Position numbers and translations under genes: made by a program. Below, piece after piece: positions 47,773-63,530 of a stretch of DNA of 64,000 bases (position 1 is its first letter; each line of letters starts with the position of its first letter). Location: positions 9,734,001 through 9,798,000 of the forward strand of contig OX597828.1 in the NCBI GenBank assembly GCA_951406725.2. Reading direction: 5' to 3'. Below the pieces are notes generated by a model. It did no database searches, was not told where the DNA came from, and worked only from the letters and a program-made list of their open reading frames with translations. Source of the DNA: Octopus vulgaris (Eukaryota).

Positions 47773-50700
47773 TATTTCATTATGGTGCATACAGTGTTTT
47801 GTTTAATGATACATATATCTAACACTGCATTATAAGGAAACATAATATATATTTTAGAGGAACATTATGTTCATACTTATACAGTTTTTCATAGAATCTA
47901 AAATTGAAAATTTCCGTTGTGTTATATCATAAATATTTCACTCCCATTATTAATTAGGGCACTAATTTTGTTCAACAAAATAAATCCTCACTTGTACGCA
48001 GATTCATTTGTATGTGAGGTGACTTCGCGTTTAACATAATCTTTATAGCTAACGTATATTATATTCTGTACTAGTATCTTGAAATTCTTAGTGTAAGAAT
48101 TGTGTTTCTGTGAGATATATGTTTTACAAGAAGTGATAGGAACGAATTGTGCGGCTATTCTTCAATTGTTATATAATATTACGTCATAAATTTGTTCCGT
48201 TATAACTAGATATCTCACGTTAGGTTAAACGCCCACAATATTTTATAGAAATTAAGTTTGTAATGCCTCTCACCTGATATGTCATATGATATAATGTTTT
48301 CCATGCAGTTTATAATGCAGTTCGTTATTCATATCTTGGTACAATTAAGTAGAATCTATATTTACAACCAACGTACAGCAAATTTAAATACATCTCTTAT
48401 TCCGCTAATGTAAAAATAAAATCTATAGCAAATACATTTACGTAAATTATGTATATCTCGTAAGTTTACAATACAATTTTTATGTATATGTAAATCATAT
48501 AAATTTAAATAGAATCTAGCAGGGATTATATCAAACCTACAATATGTGAATCATATCAATTAAAAGAGAATCAGAATCATGTAGCTATATTATATCTATC
48601 AATTTGATGGAATGATGCATATGTTCTTGTTATAGTTGAGGAATATGAGTCGTTGAAACGATTTAATGAAAGGATAAACTAGTAGAGTCAGAGCTACATT
48701 TAAACGAAATATGCTATATAAGAGAGAAATTGCAAATTGTTTTTTCTAGGCGTATATAGCACTATGATTGAAGAGCTAAAATGTGATAAAAGGAGGAAAT
48801 CATATAATGGTAAATTGTGCTAATATTTCTAATAATTTTCTAAAAAAATTATTCATACCAACACTTTATATTAAGAAGATATATTCCGATTTCATTTCGT
48901 TTTTTGTTTTTTTTTACATGAAAAATGTTTCAAGTGTTGTGTAGGTCATCTATATCGCCTATTATGCTATCAGTATCACTGATCACGAAATGCATAAATG
49001 CATGTCTATGATACTAATCATTTGTCTGCAAATGTCGCTTGAAAAATTCCCATTTAAATAGTTTTAGACATTTTTTTTTAAATCAACTCTTCAGGATCAT
49101 TTATGGCACCATGGCTTTGCATAGACACGACTCGTTATGCAATTACTAATTCTGCAGCTATTAATTCATTCAATCAATGTTAAAAATTCCTAAAATAAAA
49201 GTCAGGAAATGAAATGTCTTAACCTGTTGTAAAATATATAATCTCGATTTTCCAGTGTACGACTTCAATTAATATCATAATACAATTATAGCTATAAACT
49301 TTAGCGCGTAGTTATTGGCAATTTTCTCATTTCTTTTTTTTTTTTTTTTTTTCAATTTCTCATTTATTACTTCAATTTCTTAATTTTAAATTATTATTAA
49401 CTTTTTCGGAATGATATTAAATAACGAAAAGTAATGAATCTATTTCCAAGAGATTTGCTAATTATATTATTTATTATTGTTTTTAAGAAATTAATATGAT
49501 TTAAAATGTTACATTTGCAAAGGTTCTTATTTTTAGTTCATTTGGATATATGGCTGCTATTTAATAAGACTTATAATAGACTAAGTTTAAAATGGGGTTA
49601 GAACATGAGAAAAATATACTCATTGCTGTGTAGTTTGTTGACATATTGCAAAGCGGAAAGTTGGAATACATCACATTGTAATATGAAAAAGCAGTTACCA
49701 TGTAAGATATAGATGGCAAATCCAGATGCACATGTACGCATAAAAGGGATTATATAAGTTGTATACGATATAATACAGAATAGATGTCCATGTTTCTAAG
49801 CGGAGGTATATTGATTCCCTTGCTTGAATCTGGAAAGCATTTTAAATAACCCACATGGTATTTTAATGTGTCGTAAAAAGAGACCCTGTAAAAGTCTTTC
49901 TAAGGTGCCTTTTTTAAAATCGGACATGTATATATTATACACTCTGCTTCCTCACTTATTGCATCACGATGCTCTTTCACACTCGAAATGCACTCGAAAT
50001 ACGTCGCAGATTTTTAAAAAAATGTAATATAATACATACAGCTAAATGAGCATAGGTAAAAGAGTCATCAATAAATTTCGCACGTATAACTATAATTAAA
50101 AATCCCAGGAACAAGTTCCTCTTTAAATCTTTTCAATTTCAAATACTGTTTCGTTTGACTACTTGAGATTTTGTTTGGCATAAGAAAACACGATTTAGAA
50201 CTGATTAGCGTCTTTTGGAAATCATTACCCATAGATCCATTTCTATGATTCCCATAAAACTGTATTTCCCTATATAAGCTCCATTTATATACATTAGATT
50301 CAGTAAAAATAATATAAATCTATTTGTTTTAAAATCTTAACGACCTTAATTCGGAACTATAATTAGTAAACATGTGAACTCTGGTCTGCTTCGAATATAT
50401 AAGAAACTCGATAATAAATGAAATTTTCATAAAATTATATTTAATTGAAAAACATTTTACATTAAACGATTTCAAATATATCACTATGATATGATTATTT
50501 GAAGATGGCAGAGATACGCACTGCATGCGTCTTCTCTATCAGACCATTTCAATATATTTCATATTATAGTAATGTATTTCAAATTTGATATTAAGATTAT
50601 TAGCCTAGAGTAAAAACAGTAGACTTGCAAAATTTATTGATTTATTGCAATGTAGAGAAGAGCAATACCAAGCACCACAGTGTCTATATTTGTTTCTTGT

Positions 50701-53212
50701 AACGGTGTATGTTCAAATTTAAGAATAACTAAAGTGCCTTTCGATTTTTCTCCCATAATGTTTCATAAAGCTCGCAAATTATATTCACTCAATATAATCC
50801 TCAGTCAGCTACATATGATTTAACAGTCAGCTACATATGATTTACATATGATGTAAAGAATCTAGAGAGCATTGGTCGTAGACGTCATAATAACTGATCC
50901 ATAATAGAAGTGTTCTGTTGTTTCGTTTCTTAAGTACTGAATAGTTGTTATATTGCAGATAAGTACTGAATAGTGTTATATTGCAGATACACGTAGCGAT
51001 TTATAAGAACGAATTATTCTAGAAATCGCTGTTATAAGTTTCACCAAATAAACGAACAGATACACCATTTTGTTTTTATGGTGAAAATTGCATTTTGAGT
51101 GCCGCACTTACAAACCAATAGAATAGGGAAAAACGTAGAAGCCTGCATATGATAATGGAATCTGCTGAAAATAAAAAACATATCTCTTTTAAATGACAAT
51201 ATTACTTAAATGATTGATCACATGATACCCAGCGTACACTTTCGAGAAGTTAGAAATAATTCACACTTACTTGAAACCACGTAGGGATGTGGTTTCAAAA
51301 AGGACAGTACTAGATAAAACCTTGGCACTTGTTGCCAAAAAAGGTGAGGTCTAAGAAGTAGATGTTCATGACACGAATTAAAATCTTTATATTTTATTTG
51401 ATTAGAACTGATGTGGAACTAAAGACCTTCAACACCAGTTAATATATTTATAGCATCTCTATTTATTCTTAATGCTGCATTTTGACAGTTTACAACCCTC
51501 GGTCAATGGTTGTATGCACCCATCCACACAAATATATAAATATTTGTAAATATTTATTATTCTTTTGATTTAAGTTTGGGAAATGGCTGATTTGTCAGAG
51601 GGCAAAGCAAAAACAACTTGTGGCGTTTGGCTCAATCTATGCGCGCAAATTTCAAGTTCTACTGAGATAAACTTTGATATTCATCCATTCGAAGTCGGTA
51701 ATAGAATTTACCAATCCATGTTTGTGGATTGCTGGTATTGATTGATGATCACGTATGCTGCTTTGTGCTATTTGTTCTGCTCATTGTGTTTTGTGTCTAG
51801 GGTGAAACATGTAAGAGGAATATCAGGTCCGGGGGAGAATGTAGCGGATTTGCGTGAGTTTTGAGAATCTGTTTGAGGCACTTGTTTTAAAGAAAACCTC
51901 CTTCCTTGTCTCTTCAACATTCAAAGCCCTGAAGAAACCAATTAGCATAAGAACAATTCTTCTCTCCTTGACTATATATTAAATATGTCCTGTTTCTTCC
52001 AAATATGAGAATTATAATTTCTATATATTCCTAGATATAAAAAAAAAACAGAGGCGTTATTCAACACATGCGACAGTATATTGTATACTATAACAGATTT
52101 ACCTCTGAATTATATCGTCAAGTATGTGTATTAGTAAATTCCTATCTCGACGTATAAGCCCTCTCTTACAGTGGGCTGATTATAGACATTGTAATTAATG
52201 CCTTTTAAATATTAATTACGAACTCAAGTGAATTTGCATTATAATCGATATCGCTTCCTTTACACCTCCTAAAATAAAAGCATAACCGTCACTGCTCAGA
52301 TGAGATCTAATCATTTGAATGACATTACTGCGGGCATTTAATGGAAGAAACAGTGTACTGTGCGATTATATAATTTGGCTCAATTATAATATCATCGTAT
52401 TTATTTTTGGTTTTGTTTTTCTTATGCAAATGAACGTAAATTCATTTGTGTCATAAAAATTAACAGAGATAGGTTTCGAGTAAAACTGTGTATGTTAATA
52501 TAAGTTCGTGTAACATGAGTAATTGATTGTGTATATGTGTAACAATTCTACAAGATATAGGACACGAAGTATCCGGTTCTAATACGGCCAAACATCAAGC
52601 GATCCTGACGACCAACTTTTACAGTTGATCATGAAACGATTGCACGACGGGTTGAATTCCTCGAGAGAAAATAAACGTAAGGCACTCAAACTACCAGCTA
52701 CCCTATTGTGTAAGTAAAATATAGACTGTATAAAGTAAACTAAGATACATAGGAAAAGATATACTGGCACGCATCTAATTCTGACCTTTGGCTTTCCGCA
52801 CCTAAGAGTAGGAGAACCCAAATAAAAACAACAAAAACTGACGGGCAAACGCCGTTACACGTTTTGAGAACCCATTAAAAATCAACGCAATGACCTGACT
52901 TGGACACACATAAGTAGACACACCTAATTACAAATTTCTACATCCATGAATGAATTATGAACAGTAGCACACCCCAAACTTAATGAATAAATTTTTTCCA
53001 TAACACTTCTCCATCAAAACTTACCCTGCGACCTGATAATCATTCAACACCGCCTTATCCGGAATAATTAACTCAAATTTTAGACAATCGGCATCAGTCT
53101 CAATGCTTTCCCCGTTCAAGTATGATTTTGTACTCGAAAAAGAATACAGAGTAATCCTTCACTTTAATGTAAAAATATTTTCATTTTAATTTGACATAAA
53201 ATACATGCATTA

Positions 53213-53273
<61 letters not shown>

Positions 53274-53854
53274 CATGTATGTATGTGTGTATGTATAAAG
53301 GAAGCAAATATATAATGCGTGCATGTGTCTATATCCTGCGTTCCGTTAGAAATTGCTTATATTCATATCTGTGCGTATCGGTGTCTGTTTAAATAAAAAG
53401 ACATAAAGAGAAAGTGGAGCAAGGCAGCGTCGCTTTCTCTCCTTCTCTCTCTGTATTCACGTTCGAATAAATACTTGCCATGCGTCGGTGAGTATTTATC
53501 CGAATGTGATCGAGACATACACAATCAAACAGACTTCAAAAGAGGAAAAATGTATGCAAAGACATCATATCTGAATATATATATATATATATATGTGTGT
53601 GTATGTATGTCTGTGCGTGCGTGCGTACATGTGTACGTAAGACTATGTCTGGTGTTGAGTGAGCATTTATGACCGAATTTGTGAAATATATACTATACCA
53701 TAAAGCATATTTGTATATAATAGTCAAACATAACGAATATTTACATTACATGAAAAGGAAACGAATAAAACGGTTGATATTTGATTCCAAAATGGATCAA
53801 AACCTCCTTGAGGCAATATTTTCCATAAATAAATATGTAAACATCTAAGAAAAT

Positions 53855-54089
53855 GTGTGTGTGTCTGTTTGTGCTTATGTGTGTGTGTGTGTGTGTGTGT
53901 GTTTGTGTGTGTATGTGTGTGTGTATGTCTGAATACACACACACATATATATATATATATATATGTGTGTGTATATGTCGATGCGCATATATATATAAAT
54001 ATAGAGACATACATATACACACACACATATAAATATACATACATATATACATACGTATGTATGCATATATCTACATAATATATAAATGG

Positions 54090-54131
<42 letters not shown>

Positions 54132-54159
54132 CATATATATATATCAATATATATATAGG

Positions 54160-54200
<41 letters not shown>
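53855..54200. repeat. (TG)n/(TA)n compound microsatellite field
   Basis: Directly visible. Confidence 0.9.
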
Positions 54201-54859
54201 GTACACAAACATATGCTTTTGTTTGTATACAAACTCATACGTAGAAACTCACGCACCCAAATATTATTTATATATGTATATATACATACTTACTTCATTT
54301 TCAGAGAAAAATTTGGCAACACCTTTATTCGTATTTGTGCGGCTAAATAACAGTCTTTTGTTCTGTCGACTGGAAACGACACGCCACTGGCAAAGAAACG
54401 GTCGCTTTTTAATAACAAATTGACCAAAGTCAGGGACTTCGATACCGTCTTACGTTACTAGTACACGAACTAAAGTCGTTTCATTGTTTCCAGCTTAAAG
54501 CCTCAGGAAATAGTGGTAGCTTATTGCAAACTAGAGACCCCATAATTTGTAACCAACATCGCAGACAACATTTTCGTTGTATGGGCGATTGGCAATACTC
54601 CGAGATTTTTTACAAGATATATTGCATTTGTAATAAATAGTATTTCTCTTTTCTTGTCAATTTTGTATGCAATATTAGTTATGTCTTGTATTTAGTGAGT
54701 TAGTCTAAAATTTTGGACTTGTTCCATTTTAATATACACGTGCATACATGTACTTTATATGCATATACATACTCACAAACATATATATTTGCAAGTTAAT
54801 ATATGTATATACGTATATGAATTTACACGTATATACATATACATATATGCATATATATG

Positions 54860-54995
<136 letters not shown>

Positions 54996-56584
54996 CCATG
55001 CCGTTCACTGTAACTGTAGATCTATTTGAGATGTAAAAAAGAGAAAGTGCATTGGGGAAGAGGAACTGAGTTAGTGCTATATGTGTTTGTGTGTGTCTGT
55101 GTGCGTAGGTGTGTATGTGGAACGAGAGGAAGGGAAGGAAAAAAAGAAAGAGGAAACGGATAAAAAAAAGTATATAAGGAACAAAACTAATACACAAAAT
55201 ATATCGAAACGCAGAATGAAACCTATACTAAATATGCGCTGGGACATATATGTATAAAGAGACACACACACAGGCGTATGCACATATATACACATATAAA
55301 TATATATACATATATATGCATACATTGATGCACATATATTCATACACACCCAAGATCAATCACGCATAACATCATCTATTTTCCTTCTCTTTCTCTCTCT
55401 CTCTCGCTCTCTATCTATCTATCTATCTATCTACCTACATACATATAACCACGCATGGATATATATATATTCCTAACGGCATTTAACATGATTGCATATA
55501 TCTTATCAATAAATCTTATCAATATATCGAAATATATAGAGAATTTTTAACGTTTTCTAATATAACATATCTATCCTAAGTGAATGCAGGCGACTGTTAC
55601 ACATCGTAAAGTAAATTATATATTAATTATGTGGACACATATGCGCTTATGATTGACAAATATTAGTTATGAATTTCTGCAAGTGACCTGTTCCGAACCC
55701 AAGAAGTACTTAAGCGAAGCTATAGTGAAACTTCGTTGACAACCAGCGACTATTGATATTCCAAACATTTGCGAGTAGAGAGTCAGCATGTCGGACGTAC
55801 CAATAATAATTATATTAATACAACGAATCGACGGCCCTTAATTACACTCGAGAAAATAGCCGTTTCTTCATATATACAATTCAGTTTACAGAAATATTTA
55901 AAGAAACGACTTCGAGCAAAATATTTGAATTTGCTCCGTACCTGTAATATTGGCGATAAGGTGCTGTAACGCAATATAATAGTCAGTGTAAGGGGCAAAA
56001 TGTTTTTCTTAAAGATATTTTATTTTTAACCAAACTGATCTTATAAATATTTTGAGAAGAGAAATTTAACATCTTTCAAGTGTGGAATAAAAACAGATAC
56101 AAGGATATGAGGCATGGTGTTCAAAAGATTAAGCAGAAGCCATTTTCTGCTGAAGTCGGCTATGGTTGTTTTGCTGGAAGCGAAGTGTACTACTTCTAGA
56201 AGAAAAGAAAAATGAAATAGACGTCGCAGCTGATATCAGAAAATTGTGATTCTGGATGAGGAGATATATCGGAACGCTTTTATTGTAGTTTTCTCAGCTG
56301 CTTTGAGGTAAAGCGCAAAGGCAAATTGTCCGCATACCTGTTACTATCTAAAATATACAATGATATAAATGAATGTGTTTTGGGCAGGATAAAGTTTAAG
56401 ACTTTACAATATGTTGAAATTGTTCCAACAATCTGTTCTAGCGATTATACATCACTGGTATTACATCTCTCGCTCTTTCTCTCTCTCTCTCTCACACACA
56501 CACATGCGCATATATACACACACACACACACACTCACATGCGCAAACACACACACACACATATATATATATATATGTATGTATA

Positions 56585-57452
56585 TTGGGGTACTAAAAAA
56601 TGTAATGGGAAATTTGCATTATTATTTTATTTGCACTTTTATCGCCTTCAAAATTTTCTTCATTTCAAGCAATACATGGGTCCAAACGCGCTGTCCTCTC
56701 CTCGAAGCTGTACTAGACTCTTGCAAAGTGATGCCTTTTAAAGTCCCTATCGGTTTTTTCATCGCTTCTTCCATATCTTCAGATTCCGTAGCACCAGCTT
56801 TCGTCACCAGTGATGACTTGCGAAAGAAGGTCCGTTTCAAATTTCAACTCTTCGTTCAGTTCCCGACACACCTTCAATCGTGATTGTTTTTGATTTTCCA
56901 TAAGCAAGTGAGGCACAAATTTAGCTGCAACTCTTTTCATTCGATATTCCTCCCTGAAAATTGGTTTACGGGAGTTCCAGGACATATCAGTTTTATCAAC
57001 AATTTCGTCAATAATGAGGTGACGATCCTCATGAATTTTTATGATGTTTACATTCGTTAGGGAGGTGTAGGGACGCCCTGAATGGGGCTGGTCTTCAAGC
57101 GACATGTGACCTTTCTAAAGCCTGAAAACCACACGTAAACTTGTTTGGATCTTGGCAGCGTCCTTGAAAACTGTTAGAAACTTGACAACTTTCGGGGGCC
57201 GTTTTCCTCAGCAGAAAACAATTCCACAAACATACGCGGTTCCTTTGATACAGCCATCGCAAAAGTGGTCGAACAGGGAATAATTCCTGCAAAGCAAAGT
57301 CATCTCACGTAGCAGTAGGACTACACAGAACGGCACCGGTCAGCAGACTGATGCCTGAAGATCGCATGAAGTGACTTCTAGCAGTGGAAGCCTGAACTAC
57401 AACGGGCTTGTCCCACAGTGAACGTTTCTGGTTACTTTTGGGTACCTCTTCG
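56585..57452 (-). mobile_element. internally deleted, decayed mariner transposon
   Basis: Transposase remnant SLEDQPHSGRP...AAKFVPHLL...VITGDESWCYG. Degenerate TA-flanked TIRs are ttggggtactaaaaaatgtaatgggaa and (revcomp) cgaagaggtacccaaaagtaaccagaa. Confidence 0.88.
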
Positions 57453-57964
57453 TATAAATTTATTAATATACATATGTAATGGTCGATTTCCCTATGGTCC
57501 AGTTGTTTTAACATCGGCTTACAAGAAAAAGTGTTTACTGTATTCTAACGTCGAATCAGTATGAGGAATGTCTAAAAGGTTACACATTTGAACTATACCT
57601 ATGGTTTATATATTCGTCTTCTATAGAAATTTCCTCTCCCCGTAGTCATTTGCATTTCCTGGATTGACACACTCATCGAAAATGTAACGCAGGGAAAATA
57701 AACAGAGATCTCTAAAAAAATAATTAAAACATTTAGCCATAACTGTATCTACAATACACGCTTTAACTCATAAACAAAGCAGACATATATACGGGTTTTG
57801 TTGCAAGTTTAATGCAAATGTGGACCTATCTGATTTTCTAATTTAGATGGATACAATTGTACTTGCTTTCTTCCATATAAAATAGCATTCAACATAGTGT
57901 AGATTCCATCAGAAAAGTTTTTTTTAACTTTTGCATCATCACTGAACTCAGACACCAAAATATT

Positions 57965-58190
57965 TCAAATACTGATTTCAAATTTTCGTACAAGGTAAAT
58001 AACGTCATGGGAGAGTGTTAGCTGACTGCATCAAAAGTAGTACTTGAATGGTACTTATTTTATTCTCCCCAAAACGTCGAGAGGAAAATTTGACCACGGT
58101 GGAATTTGAAATCAGAACATGAAGACAGGCGAAATGACATCAAGCATTTCGTCCGATGTGTCATCGACTATTCTAACCCGTCGCTTTACA
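57965..58190 (-). mobile_element. old SINE family B
   Basis: tggtacttattttatt...ggaatttgaaatcagaac...aagcatttcgtccg matches the reverse of family B. Confidence 0.6.
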
Positions 58191-58734
58191 CCCTTTCAAA
58201 CATTACCGGTTGATGCACCCTTGTTTTACGCACATCTATACAACGAGGAATACAACTTCGTATTTTCTTCTCATCTGCATCAATAACTGTTTGTCTCATA
58301 TTTTTTTAACTGAATAGCTGAACATAAGTGTCACACTCGTGTTTTTCATAGGGTCGTTTTCAGTTTATTTGTTCGGTGTCATTCTGGTGGCTTTCCAATG
58401 ACTTTTAAGTGTCCCAATGAACCGCTTCCTGCTCACATTATTGCTACTTCCTAGAAAAGAAGGTGATGATTTCACATTTTATACCAAATAGAAAAATATT
58501 TAACAAAATTTTCAGCAAGAGTCGCTATCTGTTGATCACGTGAGAAATGTGATGACATTTCAGGGACGGCCATTTCCTCTCTGGACAATATACATACCGA
58601 TACACTTGTCTTAAGATGGGAAATGGAATAAAACTCGTGACCTATATGTCTTCAAATGCTTCAAGAACAGCAGAATCCCTCATTTCCCTCCTTCAAATCG
58701 GGAATCACGCATGCACAAAGTTTTGATAACAAAC

Positions 58735-58890
58735 GATATTTCGTCCGGGTTTACGTTGTGTGCGGAAATTCCACTGGGGTCGACTTTGCCATTCATTCTT
58801 TCAGGCTCGATCGATAAAATAGTCCTTAGTTGTAATCGTCTTACCAAAACACTCCGAAATTGTTGGGCTTGTGCTAAAATCTGAAACCAA
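58735..58890 (+). mobile_element. old SINE family B fragment
   Basis: gggtcgactttgccattcattctttcaggctcgat core. Confidence 0.6.
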
Positions 58891-60469
58891 TGTATTATAC
58901 ATATATATATGCGTGTGTGTGTGTGTGTATGTTAAATGCGAATATTTTGGCCACACAAAGAAACATACCGCTATACAGTTTATGAACTTTTTTTGTTAAT
59001 TTAAAATAATACAATTTTTTTATGATTTGATATATGTAAATAAAAATCACATTCAGTCATGAATGTTAACTGTAAAAATTCTGAAGATTTATCGAGCAAG
59101 TCTTAATGCTTAAACGCCAATATTGATTTCTAAAACACATTCATAGCCAATTATTTCGAAGAAGAATATTTCTGATTTGATCGACAGCAACTTTGATCAC
59201 AAAATATCAAATTTCGGAAATCCACATGGTTCAATAATTCTACGTATGGCATAATCCAAAACAATATAGTATTTATTAAGAATAACTTACGTATTTATTA
59301 ATTAATTTTAGTTATCTTCTCAGATTTCATCAGCATTGTAAATACTAGCTTCAAGCCGTTGATGTTCACACATTGTAATAAATTATCATCGTTGTTGTAT
59401 ATATAAAAACTAGTATCCTAAGTAAAAATCTGCATTGTTCTCTCATATTGAAATGCAAATCATTCAATTTGTATTCAGCATCTAAATATAAAATTTTATC
59501 AACTGATTCACAGTTTTCATATCGTTTTTTATAATGCTGTACATCGTAGCATAGATACAGATATATACTGGGAACGTTATTTATCAGAATATACGTACCA
59601 ATAGACGCAAACTATTCCCATATAATTTGAGATTTGTTCTAAGTATAGAATGGTTTATTTGTGAAGTGATACATATTGCTTATAAAATTCAACGTCATTG
59701 AAATTATATTCACGTCTGCTGTCGGATTTGTGTGCTTAATATCTTTTCTTTTAGTTTAACATAGTCATACCTTAAGCTAAGAGTTTTATTGAAACATCAA
59801 AACATTGCTTAATTGAAGACATAGGAAATATTTGACAAATCAAAATCAAAAATTGCATTCTTAATTAAAGCCGAAAACTAAATCAAGCTATAAAAATCAT
59901 CTGTATATTGGAAAGAGGTAAAACACAAATAGAATATACTGTAAATATACACAAAGACATCATGAAATCTGCAGTTAAAATTCAATTTAAAAATGGAATT
60001 CCTATTTACAAGAAAGGTATATTTTTGTGAGATATTTCCAAATGACTGAGAGCGATTAATAAGCAATACATGACATTGAAATCTATTCAGAAGCAAAGTA
60101 AATGCTTGAAATCAATATAACAGTTTTCAAAATAAATTAATATAAAATCAGACAGATGCTTGAAATAAAATATAAATATAGGTAGAAATTAATTAAATTA
60201 AACGTTATCTACCAAATGGCCTGCAGATAGTGTTTATAATTATCTACGAGAGGAAAAACTCACTTTTATTAAATTAATATCAAGTAAAATGGAAATAATT
60301 AATAGGATTTAAAACACTTAGGAACATTTTGAAATATATTGCCTCTATGAGAAAAAAAGAGTTACAATATGGGAAGCACTGTTCTGTTGAATATTGTTGT
60401 TTTTATTATTAGTAATATTAATATTAAAAGTATTATCACTATCATCATCGTTATCATTATTATTTTTGT

Positions 60470-60504
60470 TATTATTCTTATCATCATCATTATTATTATT
60501 ATTG

Positions 60505-60542
<38 letters not shown>
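60470..60542. repeat. (TTA)n/(TCA)n microsatellite
   Basis: Directly visible. It explains the poly-N/I/L ORFs. Confidence 0.95.
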
Positions 60543-60544
<2 letters not shown>

Positions 60545-60797
60545 GGCATTGTAATATGTCTAGTTTACAACTTCTGTGCAACAAAACAAGAATTATGCCA
60601 AACAAGTAGCAAAAATAAATAAACGAATAAAATGTTTTCTGTGTTGCCACTAGATTACTCGTCATAATAGAAAGAACTGAAATGTAAACATAGTCAGGTT
60701 TTCAATTGGAGAAATTTTCATTTTAACTATTTTGAAAATAAAAAGAATAAAACAATGGAGAGAGCATATATCCACTTATCTAGCCGATGTATATGTG

Positions 60798-60868
<71 letters not shown>

Positions 60869-61339
60869 GTTTATGTGTGTGTGTTTGAAATAATAATTAT
60901 TATTATAAAGGGTAAAATCAATAATAATTTTACCACGTACCCAGTGCGGAAATAAAAACCTTACAGGTAAATTTTACAAAATATTTTATAATTTTATACA
61001 TAATTATAACAAGGGATCAAAGTTATGCCTCAACACTCACTGCTAGAATTAGACGTTAACTCCCGTATTATCACCGTAAAATCTCGGAGAATAACGCCCT
61101 GTATTGTAGGCAAGCAAAGGAAAAAGGAAAAAGGTGGTAATAGGGGCGTTAACGTCTATGTCTAGCAGTGCGTGGTGAGGCATAAAGCTGATTCCTTGTC
61201 ATAATTATGCATATATATATATATATATATATAAGTGGAATAAAATGCAGTACAGGGCAATGAAACATTCGGACAGATAGATGACTCAAAGGCAGACAAG
61301 AAAAACAAGTAGAAGGACAGGCAAAAGAAAAGAAGAAAA

Positions 61340-61550
61340 TGACGACGGCTTTCGACTTCCTCCGATTAATGCATTCTCTCGCTATCTCACCCAAACCGCT
61401 ACTATTTATAGTCGATCGGCCAGTCTATTCTCACAGGGGGTGTCGTGACTCTCGCCACAACATATCCCCTTTTGAGATTTCGACTTTCGTATGTAACAGA
61501 ATTTATTTTATTCTAATTCAATTGTTGTTTCCAACACCACTCCCTTTTTG
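61340..61550 (-). mobile_element. PPT + partial LTR, inverted copy of 63517-63725
   Basis: The minus strand reads caaaaagggagtgg|TGTTGG from 61536 and aligns over about 210 bp with the plus-strand LTR. Confidence 0.8.
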
Positions 61551-62599
61551 AGAATTCAGTTAAAACCCAGAGGAGGGTATAACGTTTGCAGTGTACTTTA
61601 GAAACTACAAAGAAATCTTCAGGGAAGATTGCAAGCCATGGATTTATATTTCGTAAATTAGTGCCTGCTGAACATACAACGCCCCACATACACACTTACT
61701 AAACACAGACACACATAGGGGTATACACATGTGAAAATAAAGATACATGCGATAGGAATACAAAATGGCTGATCATTAGTAAGGAAGACACACAAATAAG
61801 AAAGAAGAAAGCAACAGACAAGTGAAGAAGTCTCAGAAGTGTAACAAAAGAACTCTGGCCAAAATACGATTCCTATAAAATAAAGCTGAAACAAATTAAC
61901 TTCAAATATATAGTGCGTGTGTTTTTATTGACTAAACTGGCAATATGACAGTCCCCAAATACAAAAATATCTGTTTCAACACACGATTTCACATCAAAAA
62001 TCTTGCAAAACGAATATATAAACGTATATATATATATGCAGAGAAGCAAAGCAGCTAGTTATAAAATTTCAAGAGATAGAGCAGTAACGTAAACAGTAAC
62101 ACAAGTCGTCACACCGAAGTGGCAGTTGAATGTTCCTACTAGTTTAACCCCAGGCAGGCTTTCCGCCCGCTGGTTAACTGTGCAATTTTCTGCAACATTT
62201 CTATACAATATACGGCTAGGAGGAGGACGAAACCCTACTACCGTTTTGCTATTTTGCTTGTTGCAAATCAGTGACCGATGAGCACTTTGTTTACAATATA
62301 TCGCAAGCAGAAGCGAATCTTACATTCAGATAAAGTTTTTGCGTTAAAAAACGCAACCAATCTTTTCGTACGACTGGATGGAGTTGTTTGGCTCATGGGA
62401 CCTCCCTGCAAGTCTGTACTGTAAAAAAGTAAATATACGTCTCACCAGTATAAATAACTCATCAGCTAAATTGAAGAAAAAATAATAAAACATTACGTGT
62501 AACGTCATTCGATAGCTACCAGTGACTGTGCAAGATATAAAATGTAAATCAGCGGATGGCAAATACATCATAAAATTGAAGGAAACCTTGAAAATTAAA

Positions 62600-63345
62600 C
62601 AGAAGTGGAACACGGATGAGAACCATTTTTCAATCTGAGACGATGTATTAGTGTGTGCACAAATGGTGTTAGTACGAACTGCACTAAAGAAAGGCGTATT
62701 ATCTGAATTTCATAGTGGATACCCATGGATGTCAAGAATCAAAGTCTTCATAAATAAGGAATTACAATGTTTGGCCAACAATGGACCGGAACATTGAAAA
62801 TTTGGAGAAATCAAGTAGAAGTTTTGCGCTAGCAGACAAGACACCTCCGGTGAAATACATAGTGTCCTTAGACGGATAGTCCGTGCTCCAGGGTACATAT
62901 AGATTATACTGGACCGGTGAATTGCGCTTACATTGATAATTCTGGGCTAGGAGAACGATTTGTAGACACTTTTAAGTGAGCGCTAAAAAGCAGCTAGGAA
63001 CGTGTTAGGAATTGAGGGAGTGCTAACTTAATTCTTAAGGGTGTACGGAATAATGCCAAATCCGAATACAAGTTGAAGCACGTCACCTGCAGAGATAACG
63101 TTCGTTCGGGAAATAAAATCTATCTTCGACAAATAGTTGCAAAAAATAAGCGTATAGAAAAAATTTAAAATTATTAATAAAACATTTTGATGTGGGAGAC
63201 AAAGTCCATTTCAAAATATATGAGAAGGCTAAAGAAGGTTGAGAGGACGGTATGATGATGAAACGATTTGGAATCATGATGTATTTCATAAAAGGCCAAC
63301 GATGGGAGCATAAATGACGCCTAAATCAATTCAAAACTAGACATA
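62600..63345 (+). pseudogene. decayed Gypsy-type integrase
   Basis: VLSEFHSGYPWMSRIK...WPTMDRNIENL (zinc-finger region), SRVHIDYTGP, ERFVDTFK, SPAEITFVREIKSIFD, FDVGDKV and RLNQF. It has stops, frameshifts and a core deletion. Confidence 0.85.
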
Positions 63346-63530
63346 GGGAAGAAAGGAATTAAATTTCAACGGAAGTGTTTTACGCCATGTTCAATGTGTC
63401 AGCGCCAAAAGTGATGGAGCTTAAAAGGGGCAGAATCAGAAAACGTGAGTTGGATGAACATTAAGAAATAATTCCTAAAAGGAAAAGGTTTTGAACACAC
63501 TAGGGAATCAAAATTTCAAAAAGGGAGTGG

